33,655 nt of DNA from Nemertoderma westbladi (lineage: Eukaryota > Animalia > Xenacoelomorpha), in assembly GCA_032718475.1 (NCBI GenBank), contig JAUCBJ010001955.1:1-33655 (forward strand), given 5' to 3'. Shown here piece after piece: positions 12,119 through 24,321 of this stretch. Under the pieces are notes generated by a model. The model had not been told where the DNA came from. It ran no database searches and was given only the letters and a program-made list of their open reading frames with translations. Numbering within the stretch: position 1 is the first letter of the stretch; each line of letters opens with the position of its first letter. The position numbers were made by a program, and so were the translations under genes.

Positions 12119-14011
12119 ATGGCGGACGTTTCTGAACACTTCACAGACTGCGAAAACAGGACTGGTAACGATCTTCCTTGTGATGTGGAATCGACACACA
12201 AGCACTGCAACTACTGCTATGAAGTCCTCTCCAACAGCTGGCATTGTCACAAGCACTTTGAGTCAATGCATGCTAGTGGAGAATTAATTGTGAATAATGT
12301 TCACTGTTATCCATGCAAAATCATTTCGCATCACGAGCTCAAAAAGTTAAAATCTTACCATTACCACTGTCCGATATGCGACAACACGGTTCTTGGCAGA
12401 GACGAGTTTCAGAAGCACGTAGCGGATGAACACGCTGTTGATGTTATTGTTCCCAACCCAATATTTGATGAATACCAGGCGGAGTCTCCAACGCAATTGG
12501 GAATGGCGGAAGAAGAAGTAATCCCAGACGAACTTATCCACGAATCACTTCAGGAAGCCGCTGACAACGTGTCAGAGGAGAACATCGATCAATCGACGAG
12601 CAGATTTCATGCGGCTAATTTCCAGCAGACTTCGAGAAATGGAGTTAAACCGCTGAGGTTCCGTTGCCCGTATAGGACGTGTATCAGACGGTTTCATACC
12701 CGCTCGGGTGTGAAACAACACATAAATACGATACACGACAACGTCCGATACGATTGCTATAAATGCGATAAATCCTATTCGACGAGACAGGATCGAAATA
12801 TCCATGTGAGAAGGCACCACGGCATCGAGCCTCAAATAGGAGGCGGCCATACATGCGATGAGTGTGGTAAATGGTTCAAAATCAGGCGGGAGTTTATTCT
12901 TCACGTACAGACCTTCCATAAAGGTCGGAAAGGTGACGAAATAATTCAACGATTGCGTACTAATAAACAGGGAAGGTTTAAGCCTGTTTCCGGATCAACC
13001 AAACACAGAGCTAAGAGGTTTTCTTGCAAACCCTGCGGCAGGTACTACAACTCGGAGAGTGTGTTGAAACACCACATAACTGTGGTTCACGGCGGTACCC
13101 AACCGGTCGAAAACGACGAGGACGATTACGAGGATGAAGAAGACGAAGAGGAGGAGTATTACGAGGAGGACGACCCCATGGATGAGTTTAATTACGCCCA
13201 TCGGGAGCAGTTGGGAACCGTGCGGGAGTGGTCCCCGGTGGAAGGCGACCAGCGGTTCACCAGCGCGGGGGAACCAACGCGGAACCTCCGACGGATGTTC
13301 CTGAGGGCCGTAACGGACGACGACGGCGAGATCAGGTTCTGCTGTCAATTCTGCGACCACGAAGGGTTTAAGACGCGAATGGGATTCCGCTACCACGTCG
13401 AGGCTTTCCATTTGGGTCTCCGATTCAAATGCGAGTATTGCGATCTGATTATCTCGACGAAGTGGCAGTTGAACAATCACGTGAAGAAGGTTCACGACGC
13501 CCAAGCTACCGATTTCAACCGGGTTAAGACAAAAGGCGATGTGAACCTGCCGTTCATACCGAACGACGCATCCCCGCCGCCCAGACGGGTTCCTGTCCGC
13601 GGCAAGGTGAACGACCCCAATCGGGAGCGGTTCGGCTGCACGGAATGCGACCAGGACTATTCGACTCGAGCGACGCTCAACCGTCACATGCGGAACGCCC
13701 ACGGGGCGGAGATCATCACGAGTAAGGAGAACGGACGCGTCGTGAGACTGCCGAGGGGTTCCGAGGTATACGACGAGGATGAGGAGGAGGAGGAGTACCC
13801 CGCCGTGGCGTCTACGGGGTTCGCCGGTCCGTTTATCTGCGTTTCTTGTTGCAAACGGTTCGCGTTGGAAGAGGATCTCCAACGACACATCGACAACATC
13901 CACCACGGGGTCACCTTCACCTGCTCCCAATGCAATAAATCCTTTATCACAATGGACTACCTCGGTAACCACATCACCATAATCCACGACGGTGTTGGAA
14001 CCTACCGCTAA
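12119..14011 (+). CDS. Multi-C2H2 zinc-finger protein (11 fingers, acidic tracts), single coding exon
   Basis: 630-aa ORF with 11 CX2-4C...HX4H fingers (CNYC, CPIC, CPYRTC, CYKC, CDEC, CKPC, CQFC, CEYC, CTEC, CVSC, CSQC) and two D/E-rich tracts. No TGEKP linkers. No specific orthologue was recognised. Confidence 0.9.
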   Translation: MADVSEHFTDCENRTGNDLPCDVESTHKHCNYCYEVLSNSWHCHKHFESMHASGELIVNNVHCYPCKIISHHELKKLKSYHYHCPICDNTVLGRDEFQKHVADEHAVDVIVPNPIFDEYQAESPTQLGMAEEEVIPDELIHESLQEAADNVSEENIDQSTSRFHAANFQQTSRNGVKPLRFRCPYRTCIRRFHTRSGVKQHINTIHDNVRYDCYKCDKSYSTRQDRNIHVRRHHGIEPQIGGGHTCDECGKWFKIRREFILHVQTFHKGRKGDEIIQRLRTNKQGRFKPVSGSTKHRAKRFSCKPCGRYYNSESVLKHHITVVHGGTQPVENDEDDYEDEEDEEEEYYEEDDPMDEFNYAHREQLGTVREWSPVEGDQRFTSAGEPTRNLRRMFLRAVTDDDGEIRFCCQFCDHEGFKTRMGFRYHVEAFHLGLRFKCEYCDLIISTKWQLNNHVKKVHDAQATDFNRVKTKGDVNLPFIPNDASPPPRRVPVRGKVNDPNRERFGCTECDQDYSTRATLNRHMRNAHGAEIITSKENGRVVRLPRGSEVYDEDEEEEEYPAVASTGFAGPFICVSCCKRFALEEDLQRHIDNIHHGVTFTCSQCNKSFITMDYLGNHITIIHDGVGTYR

Positions 14012-14758
14012 GCAACCGGTGCGATAAATCCACCACAGTTATGTATCGTTTGGGTAATTACAATATATTATAGACACTGTTTTTTGTAAAACTCCCTTTA
14101 ACTGACTATTGATACGCCCCTAGAACTATGGGCGACCTACACTAAACCAATCTATTGAAGTAGGTTGCCTCATTATCAGACTATTACATTTTTTCCCCCG
14201 TTGAAACTGCTTTATTTTATAACTGTACTTTATGTTATTAACTGATTATAGTAGAGTATTGGGATGGTGGGACAATGTGTCCCGTCCTATATAGTGTGAT
14301 TAATGTCCTCCCTATGAATTATATTATTATTGTGATATTAATTATTATATGATAACAATATCTGTTCTGTGTGATATAAATTGTCGGTATTGTGTATGTT
14401 AGACCATGTCACTGCAGTGGAATGTGTAGGTAGATGCCGAGACCAAAATACCAGAACTACAAACGTATTAACCGTCATTTGTATACAATTTTCACCATAA
14501 TGACAAAATGTATAGAGCTCTTCGACTTAAAAGGACAACAAATACCATATCGAAAACCTACTTGAGGCAATACAAGTCATTCCACACAGCACTCAATCCA
14601 CTGTAATAACATAATAGGTGGCCAAGTATCACGAAACTAACTTTAATTTCGCTTGTTGTTTTGGTTTTATGGTGACGTTATAATGTGTACCGGTTTCTAG
14701 AATTACACCCACAGTGATTGACTCCACACGTACTGGTTGTTATTTACTTCATTTATTC

Positions 14759-14986
14759 GGGGTGGGCTATAAAATAGCGAGGGTTATACGTCCGTGTTCC
14801 TATCTCATTTCAAGGTTGATTTTTAGAAATTTTAGGCCAAAAAATTATAAAAGCATAATATTATTTAGTTGATCAGTTGAGCAGGTCGGGCAGCAGCTTT
14901 TGTCCAATACTCATTAGGAGCAGACTGAAAACAATCACATTATAATATTTACTCAATAAAATAAAAGCTCACTTATAGCCCACCCC
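14759..14986. mobile_element. Small MITE (copy 1, inside the duplication)
   Basis: TIRs GGGGTGGGCTATAA (14759-14772) and TTATAGCCCACCCC (14973-14986). The left flanking TA is altered in this copy. Confidence 0.7.
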
Positions 14987-17059
14987 TATATTTATATGTG
15001 TTAGTCTGGCGGTGTAAAATTACAGTATGAATCCATTGTATTTGATCTTTGGATATTTTAATGTTTACAGATAAATCTTTTATACATTTTGGTATTATAT
15101 ATATGAAAAAAACATTGTTATTGCTTTGGGGAAAAAATGTAACCTTTTCACTATTCTTGAGGTATTATAGAGTCGAGATAATATTGATAAAAAGGTTCTA
15201 CGTTTTTTTCCCATGTAATACGTAATTTTATTCTTAAATTAGTACTTTGTTGTGGCTTAATATTCTTTAATAAAATACACAAAGAAATATTATATTGTTA
15301 CAAAATAAATTAATTTGCGGTATTTTACTATATTGCTTCCAAAGTTACTGCGAATCAAATTATTGTACTCTCCAACTCCTGATGCTGCTTTACTGAATGT
15401 TAAATAAATTAGTGTTCTCGAATAATTAATACGTAACTAGAGAGCCGCTTAACAACTTAAACCAATATTGGATATTTAGTTTCGTTTTGGAGTTCGCATT
15501 GCAGACACTAAAGTTGCAATATCTTTTCAGTGTTTGAATGGATTCTACTCCGATGCTCTTTCAGCACATTTAATAATATTTAAGAAATTCCACTAACAAT
15601 ATTTTACTTTTCCTTTTTCACCGTGGAAAAGGTAAAATCAATGAAATCCTGTGGGTTACTCTGGGGTATCTTTCTCCCGATTTTGGGGTATATTCGTGCG
15701 AAAAGTAACTATTTATGAATAAAAATAATACATTGGCCCCCCACTGGGGTATTAACATAATCAAAGTAAGGCAATTCTAGAACATTACTCACTATTACTA
15801 TTGCGAAATATGAATAATCGTAGAGTTTACATTATATTTGTTTTCGATGTAATTCATGAATAAATATAATTACATTTTGGTTACCTGTGAATTACTCCAT
15901 TATTGTGTTTGATCACTGAGAGACTGGTTTACGTATCAATTATTTTTCGTCGATCAATAAGAATTAATTACAAGTCCCGAAAATTAGTAAATTTCCGAAT
16001 GTTTCCGGACTCCCTTCCCAACTATAAACATTTCCTAATTAACTAGTTAGTTTTAATAGTATGTCGTCTGTACACACATTGTTTATTGTTAATACCACCA
16101 CGGTTAATTAATACTTGGCACTATTGAGCTTAGCAGTGGTTTTCTTCATATTTAGTAATTAACGTTTATTGCATTGATATTGGATCTCAAATTTAATCAA
16201 TATCATAAGATTTTGGTTTAATTACTTAAGTCTTCCTATCCATTATTTAAATAACAATCTTGGTTCAATCTCCGGTGTATGTTATTGTTTCTGAAAATAG
16301 TAATAATGAAGTATTTTAATATTTTAACAAAAAGTCGCGAATTGTAATGCTTAAAGGTATATACTAAACTATTTTAATTAGGTTTATGGAATAATATTTA
16401 TCTTTTCATAGAATATTTAACTAAAATTATACCACGAATATTAAAATTGATAAAGTAAAATAATTATGTACTCACTAAATATAGAAATAAAAAAATGACA
16501 TTTGAATAAATCATTTATCACAATCAAGTTATTTGTGTCCAGGGGAAATTCGACGCAAATAACAGCTGATTACTCTCAAAAATAAAACTGTAACCTGTTT
16601 ATTGTGTTTAGTTTATTGTTTTGGTTAAAATAACGTGCCACTGTAACCTGCCCCTTTCCCTAAATTGAGAATTTAACATTGAGACGGGACATGAATTCGC
16701 CAAGGCGGGTTTTGCGTCCAGTTTCCCCCCTGTCTCGGACGCAATAAATACACTCGAATGAGATCAGCTATCTCAGTTTCATTCCCCCCCGGGCGCCAGA
16801 AGGGCTCGCTACGCCTCTGCAGCAGTGCCCCACTGAATCTTTGTCGCATTAAAGACAAATGAACTGAATCAAACCATTTTCCTATATTAACGTAAAACAA
16901 TTCCATTAGTATTGAAAGCAGTAAAATCATCAGAATAGCCCATTATTTAATTTCATAGTAATAAGTTTGTAAGGCGTCGTATTGGTGCAAGAACAACGTC
17001 CACCGCAATTTAAAAAAAATAACACAATTCTGAGCCACATTGGTTGTACAATGCGTTGA

Positions 17060-17425
17060 TGCGACCAGGACTATTCGACTCGAGCGACGCTCAACCGTCA
17101 CATGCGGAACGCCCACGGGGCGGAGATCATCACGAGTAAGGAGAACGGACGCGTCGTGAGACTGCCGAGGGGTTCCGAGGTATACGACGAGGATGAGGAG
17201 GAGGAGGAGTACCCCGCCGTGGCGTCTACGGGGTTCGCCGGTCCGTTTATCTGCGTTTCTTGTTGCAAACGGTTCGCGTTGGAAGAGGATCTCCAACGAC
17301 ACATCGACAACATCCACCACGGGGTCACCTTCACCTGCTCCCAATGCAATAAATCCTTTATCACAATGGACTACCTCGGTAACCACATCACCATAATCCA
17401 CGACGGTGTTGGAACCTACCGCTAA
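17060..17425 (+). pseudogene. Duplicated 3' fragment of the zinc-finger gene (residual 107-aa ORF 17102-17425 with two intact fingers)
   Basis: The translation is identical to the last 107 aa of 12119-14011. The fragment starts mid-finger at the second Cys of finger 9 and is preceded by an in-frame TGA (17057-17059), so no fusion ORF forms. Confidence 0.8.
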
Positions 17426-18164
17426 GCAACCGGTGCGATAAATCCACCACAGTTATGTATCGTCTGGGTAATTACAATATATTATAGACACTGTTTTTTT
17501 GTAAAACTCTCTTTAACTGACTATTGATACGCCCCTAGAACTATTGGCTACCTACACTAGACCAATCTATTGAAGTAGGTTGCCTGATTATCAGACTATT
17601 ACATTTTTTCCCCCGTTGAAACTGCTTTATTTTATAACTGTACTTTATGTTATTAACTGATTATAGTAGAGTATTGGGATGGTGGGACAATGTGTCCCGT
17701 CCTATATAGTGTGATTAATGTCCTCCCTAGGAATTATATTATTATTGTGATATTAATTATTATATGATAACAATATCTGTGTGATATAATTTGTCGGTAT
17801 TGTGTATGTTAGACCATGTCACTGCAGTGGAATGTGTAGGTAGATGCCGAGACCAAAATAGCAGAACTACAAACGTATTAACCGTCATTTATATAAAATT
17901 TTCACCATAAGGACAAAATGTAGAGCTCTTCGACTTAAAAAGACAACAAATACCATATCGAAAACCTACTTGAGGCAATACAACTCATTCCACACAGCAA
18001 TCAATCCACTGTAATAACATAATAGGTGGCCAAGTATCACGAAACTAACTTTAATTTCGCTTGTTGTTTTGGTTTTATGGTGACGTTATAATGTGTACCG
18101 GTTTCTAGAATTACACCCACAGTGATTGACTCCACACGTACTGGTTGTTATTTACTTCATTTAA

Positions 18165-18390
18165 TAGGGGTGGGCTATAAAATAGCGAGGGTTATACGTC
18201 CGTGTTCCTATCTCATTTCAAGGTTGATTTTTAGAAATTTTAGGCCAAAATATTATAAAAGCATATTTAGTTGATCAGTTGAGCAGGTCGGGCAGCAGCT
18301 TTTGTCCAATACTCATTAGGAGCAGACTGAAAACAATCACATTATAATATTTACTCAATAAAATTCAAGCTCACTTATAGCCCACCCCTA
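18165..18390. mobile_element. Small MITE (copy 2), TA-bounded, Tc1/mariner-like ends
   Basis: Perfect 16-bp inverted repeat TAGGGGTGGGCTATAA (18165-18180) and TTATAGCCCACCCCTA (18375-18390). Confidence 0.75.
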
Positions 18391-21282
18391 TATTTATATA
18401 TGTGTTAGTCTGGCGGTGTAAAATTATAGTACGAATCCATTGTATTTGATCTTTGGATATTTTAATGTTTACAGATAAATCTTTTATACATTTTGGTATT
18501 ATATATATGAAAAAAATATTTTTATTGCTTTGGGGAAAAAATGTAACCTTTTCACTATTCTTGAGGTATTATAGAGTCGAGATAATATTGATAAAAAGGT
18601 TATACGTTTTTTTCCCATGTAATACGTAATTTTATTCTTAAATTAGTACTTTGTTGTGGCTTAATATTCTTTAATAAAATATACAAAGACATATTATATT
18701 GTTACAAAATAAATTAATTTGCGGTATTTTACTATATTGCTTCCATAGTTACTGTGATTCAAATTACTGTACTCTTCAACTCCTGATGCTGCTTTACCCA
18801 ATGTTAAATAATTTAGTGTTCTCCAATAATTACTACGTTACTAAAGAGCCGCTTAACAACTTAAACCAATATTGGACATTTAGTTTCGTTTTGGAGTTCG
18901 CCTTGCAGACACTAAAGTTGCAATAACTTTTGAGTGTGTGAATGGATTCTACTCCGATGCTCTTTCAGCACATTTAATAATATTTAAGAAATTCCACTAA
19001 AAATATTTTACTTTTCTTTTTTCACCGTGGAAAAAGTAAAATCAATGAAATCCTATGGGTTACTCTGGGATATCTTTCTCCCGATTTTGGGGTATATTCT
19101 TGCGAAAAGTAACTATTTATGAATAAAAATAATCCATTGGCCCCCCACTGGGGCATTAACGTAATCAAAGTAAGGTAATTCTAGAACATTACTCACTATT
19201 ACTGTTGCGAAATATGAATAATCGTAGAGTCTACATTATATTTGTTTTCTATGTAATTCATGAATAAATATAATTACATTTTGGTTACCTGTGAAATACT
19301 CCACTATTGTGTTTGATCACTGAGAGACTGGTTTACGTACCGGTATCAGTTAGTTTTCGTCGATCAATAATAATTAATTACAAGTCCCGAAAATTAGAAA
19401 ATTTCCGAATGTTTCCGGACTCCCTTCCGTACTATAAACATTTCCTAATTAACTAGTTAGTTTTAATAGTATGTCGTCTGTACACACATTGTTTATTGTT
19501 AATACCACCATGGTTAATGAATACTTGGCACTATTGAGCTGAACAGTGGTTTTCTTCATATTTGGTAATTAACGTTTATTGCATTGATATTGGATCTCAA
19601 ATTTAATCAATATCATAAGATTTTAGTTTAATTACTTAAGTTTCCCTATCCATTATTTAAATAACAATCTTGGTTCAATCTTCGGTGTATATTATTGTTT
19701 CTTAAAATAGTAATAATGAAGTATTTTAATATTTTAACAAAAAGTCGCGAATTGTAATGCTTAAAGGTATATACTAAACTATTTTAATTAGGTTTATGGA
19801 ATAATATTTATCTTTTCATAGAATATTTAACTAAAATTATACCACGAATAATAAAATTGATAAAGTAAAATAATTATGTACTCACTAAATATTGAAATAA
19901 AAAAATGACATTTGAATAAATCATTTATCACAATCAAGATATTTGTGTCCAGGGGAAATTCGACGCAAATAACAGCTGATTATTCTCAAAAATAAAACTG
20001 TAACCTGTTCTATTGTGTTTAGTTTATTGTTTTGGTTAAAATAACGTGCCACTGTACTGTAACCTGCTCCTTTCCCTAAATTGAGAATTTAACATTGAGG
20101 CGGGACATGAATTCGCCAAGGCGGGTTTTGCGTCGTTCCCCCCCCCCCCCCCCCCCCCCCTGTCCGGACGCAATACACTCGAATGAGATCAGCTATCTCA
20201 GTTTCATTCCCCCGGGCGCCAGAAGGGCTCGCTACGCCTCTGCAGCAGTGCCCCACTGAATCTTTGTCGCATTAAAGACAAATGAACTGAATCAAACCAT
20301 TTTCCTATATTAACGTAAAACAATTCCATTAGTATTGAAAGCAGTAAAATCATCAGAATAGCCCATTATTTAATTTCATAGTAATAAGTTTGTAAGGCGT
20401 CGTATTGGTGCAAGAACAACGTCCACCGCAATTTAAAAAAAATAACACAATTCTGAGCCACATTGGTTGTACAATGCGTTGAGCATCTTATCGTAACAGT
20501 TATAACGGTAGAATGAGAACGAATAACCGAACCAAATCTAAGTAATAACACATACTGTATTCAAGTGAAGCTGCAGTGGCAAATTAATATAGACGTAAAA
20601 TATCAAATCCAACACCAAATGCGATGAATAATCGTGATAGATATGTATAATTGTATAATGCAATCAATGTTTAATAATATAAAAGGCAATTAAAATTAAA
20701 CCTGTATTGGTGTAAATAGCCATTATAGAGGAAAAATAACAATTAACTAAAAAATAGTTGTGTTTCAAGCATTTAGGGTCCGAGGAAGTAAAAAATTAGT
20801 TTAAAAAAACCTTCAACATATTCCGAAGATATTTGCCTTTTTGTGTCCGTGATTGTGAATTGATGTAAATACTAAGTTGAAATTTTGGTAAAAAATAGTA
20901 CCTCTTATCATTATGAATTTGCTAAAATACTTCTGTGGAAGATTGAGCCGAGACGAAAAATCATTGAGAAATGGCGTACTATGCGTTTATATTGGCTCTA
21001 AATATTCGATGGAGGGTAGATTGTCCTTGCACAATACTTTCTACTTACAGTCGCAGACCAATATACTGAACTAACAGACCAGACACTATATACACAATTG
21101 CACGAAAACATATAAACAATAAAGAGTAATAAACGAAACAAATGAGCAAACAACGCTAAATAAATAACGCAAAATGAAAGCGAAAGACAAAAAATAACGA
21201 AATAGTAAATAATGAGATGTTATTTGTTTGGTCAGTTCAGTGTGAGCAGTGTAACTCTATAAATAACCAGTCAATGAAAGTT

Positions 21283-22338
21283 CTACTGCTCGATATCCGA
21301 TAGTTTGTGGTCATCATTAATCAGGGGTTCTTTTGTAACTTGGACGGTATCAGTATCAATGTCTTCTGCACTCGCATCCCCGCCATCATCATTGGACCCA
21401 AGGTTGCTCCCGTCCACATTCTCAAACGGCGATAAATCGTCTGTCTTAGAAGAACCGCCATCTCCATCAGGTTGTAACTCTTTACCTTCATTGTCTAAGG
21501 TATCGATAGGGGTATCAGATGGGCCAGTAACTGGACTATCAACCGTTTCTTCTAACACGTCATCAGTGGCTACTGCTTCTTCAGATATGACCGCTTTGGA
21601 TTCTTTCAAATCGTTCTCCTGCTGTAGCTTGTCGGCCATTACGGAGCGAGCCAACGCAAGCTCTTTACGCAGTCTCACAATCTCACTAACATCATCATCG
21701 TCCTCGTCGCCGTCCTCCTTTGTCTCGTTGAACATAGGGGCGGTTGCTTCGTCTAACGCGCTGTCCATAACGCCCATGGATTGCAGAGCCCGCTCCATAG
21801 CTGACTCCGCTTCGAGTAATCTTCGTTGCAGTTCATCCAGTTGGCTGTGCGATATGTTCTGTTTTGTTCGCTCCTCGTTTATGCGTCTTCTACATTCCTC
21901 TTTAGCCTTTTGAAATTCTTTAAAAGTCGACATCTGTTTCTCTGAAGCTTTTGGTTTATTCGCTGGATCGTCTTTCTTCGCGTAAGACTTGTAGAATATG
22001 TATATAACGTAGAGGACTATACCCATTGTATACATGGGCAGCATATAGGTGAGAGCCCCGCCGCCCCGCAGACTGGAGTGCGGTTGTGAGGGCGGCATCA
22101 TGTGGGGGTTGGCCCCGCCCGGGAACCGGCTACCGCCCGCCCCCGGGTGGTGGTGGCGAGCGCCGCCGGGTACCTGACCAGGATGGTGTCGGCCGCCGCC
22201 CCTGTCCGGTCTGTTCCCCGGGGTTCCCCCACCCCCACCAAACAAGGACACGAGAAACGGTTGGAAGAAGGTTGGGATGGTGACGGCAAAACATCCCACT
22301 ACCACAGCGAGAACCAATATGGTAGTTCGATCCACCAT
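21283..22338 (-). CDS. RIC3: RIC-3 acetylcholine-receptor chaperone homologue, single exon
   Basis: 351-aa ORF with the RIC-3 architecture: hydrophobic N-terminus (ILVLAVVVGCFAVTIP), Gly/Pro/His-rich linker, second TM segment YMLPMYTMGIVLYVIYIFYK, coiled coil QLDELQRRLLEAESAMERALQSM and an acidic low-complexity tail. Confidence 0.9.
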   Translation of the reverse strand: MVDRTTILVLAVVVGCFAVTIPTFFQPFLVSLFGGGGGTPGNRPDRGGGRHHPGQVPGGARHHHPGAGGSRFPGGANPHMMPPSQPHSSLRGGGALTYMLPMYTMGIVLYVIYIFYKSYAKKDDPANKPKASEKQMSTFKEFQKAKEECRRRINEERTKQNISHSQLDELQRRLLEAESAMERALQSMGVMDSALDEATAPMFNETKEDGDEDDDDVSEIVRLRKELALARSVMADKLQQENDLKESKAVISEEAVATDDVLEETVDSPVTGPSDTPIDTLDNEGKELQPDGDGGSSKTDDLSPFENVDGSNLGSNDDGGDASAEDIDTDTVQVTKEPLINDDHKLSDIEQ

Positions 22339-22569
22339 TTTAATAAGTTTGGAAATATAAATACAAACTCAGGTTCTGTTCTGACAATCTCAGGTTCGTC
22401 GTTATGTCAGATTACTGAATTATAATCAGTACGCCAGCAGCAGTGGCAGTACACAGTAGGCCCAGACTGCCAGAGGCCTGAAGCAGTAAACAGGTAAAGG
22501 TAACGTGTAACACAACACGTAACGGGAAACGAGAGAAATTGTAGGCCTACCTGACTTGCAGACCGGCTT

Positions 22570-23382
22570 CTTAATGAGATTGCAAGAAATTTGAAAAAAA
22601 GAGATTCACTTCCCGACTAATTACTGGGTGAGCCAGAATTTGTATTTTTGCTTTTAATCTTTAGCTACAAGCTTTTAAAAAAAGTGTATCCAGCGATATA
22701 ACACCAGTTACAACACAGTTATTCTGTTACTTTATAGCTGTTCAGCTGTTTTTTGGTACCACTGGAACGCCGCGCAAGGATTCCAAATATGTATCACAAT
22801 CTGAATTTCGTTGAAAAATACTGTAGCTGAGATATGAGCGTTCAAATGTTGCATGGTTTTGCACCTGTGCGAGGCCATTTTATTTTATTTAATAAATACT
22901 CCATAATCTGGATCATTTTGTTAATGTATGAATAGCTATACTGTATAATAGTATGATTAAAAAATATAAATGCATTGTTGCCCATAACAACACGTTGGAT
23001 AAACAACATGTTCCAGAATGAATGTGATGCATTTATTAAATACAGTACATGAGAATAAACTAGCCTAGCGCAGATGCAAAACCATGCAACTTTTGGACGC
23101 CCATATCTCCGTTATTTCCCAACCAAATTCAAATATTTTTACATATTTGGAATCCTTGCAGGGCCAGTTTTCCAGTGGTACCAACAAACAGCTATACGTA
23201 TAAGGTATAAGAATAACTGCGGCGGGAAAAGGACTGGTGCTATATCGCCGGATACACATTTTTTTAAACGCTTGTAGCAAAAGAGTGAAAGCAAAAATAA
23301 ATATTCTGGCTCACCGAGTAAGTGGTCGGAAAGTGAAACTACTACAGTATCTCTGTTTCAAATTTCAAGAAATCTCATTAAG
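22570..23382. mobile_element. Foldback/MITE with ~300-bp imperfect inverted arms, ~230 bp upstream of RIC3
   Basis: Left arm tcttaatgagatt...gcaaggattccaaatatgta...gttgcatggttttgca is the reverse complement of right arm tgcaaaaccatgcaac...tacatatttggaatccttgc...aatctcattaaga. Both ends contain TTAA. Confidence 0.85.
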
Positions 23383-24041
23383 ATTTGACTATATTCTGGG
23401 ACATGGTGTATTTATTACTGAGTAAATATACAAAGGTCTTTAACGCTGATTTGTGCCATATTTTCACACAATGGTGTACGTAATTCTGTTAACAACTTTA
23501 TCGCCGTTCTGAATGCTTATAGATTATCTTTAATATTGTATGTAATGTTTAGGAATATTACGAAATTCATATCCTAGGCCGTACTGTATTTATGTAATTA
23601 ATTGCTCCATTGCAGTTACTGTAACAACTGTAAAATAAATAATCGTACGCTTAACATGCATTGCTAAGTCTATTGATTGATTACTCAAGACTTTACTGTA
23701 CTGTATTTCGCAACGCTGCAAATTGGTAGGCCAATTACGCTTTGGTGAGCTTCGAGGATATCATCAGAACGATAAAGTTGATTGACAATATAATGTAACA
23801 AAAACCACTTAGTGGTTAAGATGTTGTTTTTGAATCGAGGACGTATCGTTTCGTATCTTACCCAATCTCACCCATTTATTAAGTATTAGATACATGTACT
23901 GTAATTATTGTGAAATAATTATGTGTATTCGTATGATGTCATGTGATTAAAAATATTGTACTGTATGTACTTTATTTGGAATAACGCTGTGAAATACTGG
24001 GCAATGGGAATGGGCGTACCGTCACATTGCAAATGCATTGC

Positions 24042-24042
<1 letters not shown>

Positions 24043-24080
<38 letters not shown>

Positions 24081-24321
24081 TTGGTTATTTATATAGCGCT
24101 TTATTATGCTCGGCATACTCAAAGCGCTTTTATTATCATTACCCCAGCAAAGCCAGGTTCCCATTATACCGCTGGGTTGACGTAGGCACTAATGTCTAAA
24201 GTGTCTTGCCTAGGGACACAACAGTGCGAAATTTCTACAGCCTTTAGTCGGATGCGAACCTGCGCCACCAAACACTATTGTGTAAGCAGTTCAGGCGCCA
24301 TATCCACTCGGACACTGCGAC
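24043..24321 (-). mobile_element. tRNA-derived SINE with L2-type 3' tail and (TTA)n terminus
   Basis: On the minus strand: A-box-like gtgtccgagtgg, B-box-like ggttcgcatcc, a CORE-like central block tgtgtccctaggcaagacacttta, the L2/MIR-like tail aagcgctttgag...aaagcgctatataaat, then about 12 TTA repeats. Confidence 0.85.

Larger units (their letters stand above)
13645..20482 (+). repeat. Tandem segmental duplication, two copies of ~3.4 kb (13645-17058 and 17059-20482)
   Basis: The copies are colinear throughout. The junction reads ...acaatgcgttg[a]tgcgaccagg at 17059, joining the end shared with 20482 to the start shared with 13645. The middle carries scattered substitutions and indels. Confidence 0.97.

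Noticed and set aside
12995-13987. 330-aa antisense ORF (and other overlapping ORFs within OTUD3, RIC3 and C3orf38)
   Set aside because: Shadow frames of GC-rich coding sequence, with no recognisable domains.
17041-17102. Chimeric fusion ORF across the duplication junction
   Set aside because: An in-frame TGA (17057-17059) lies immediately before the duplicated zinc-finger codons; the minus-strand ORF crossing the junction is a shadow frame.
24200-24321. tRNA gene
   Set aside because: A and B boxes are present, but they run into a SINE body and L2-type tail, and no cloverleaf is evident.
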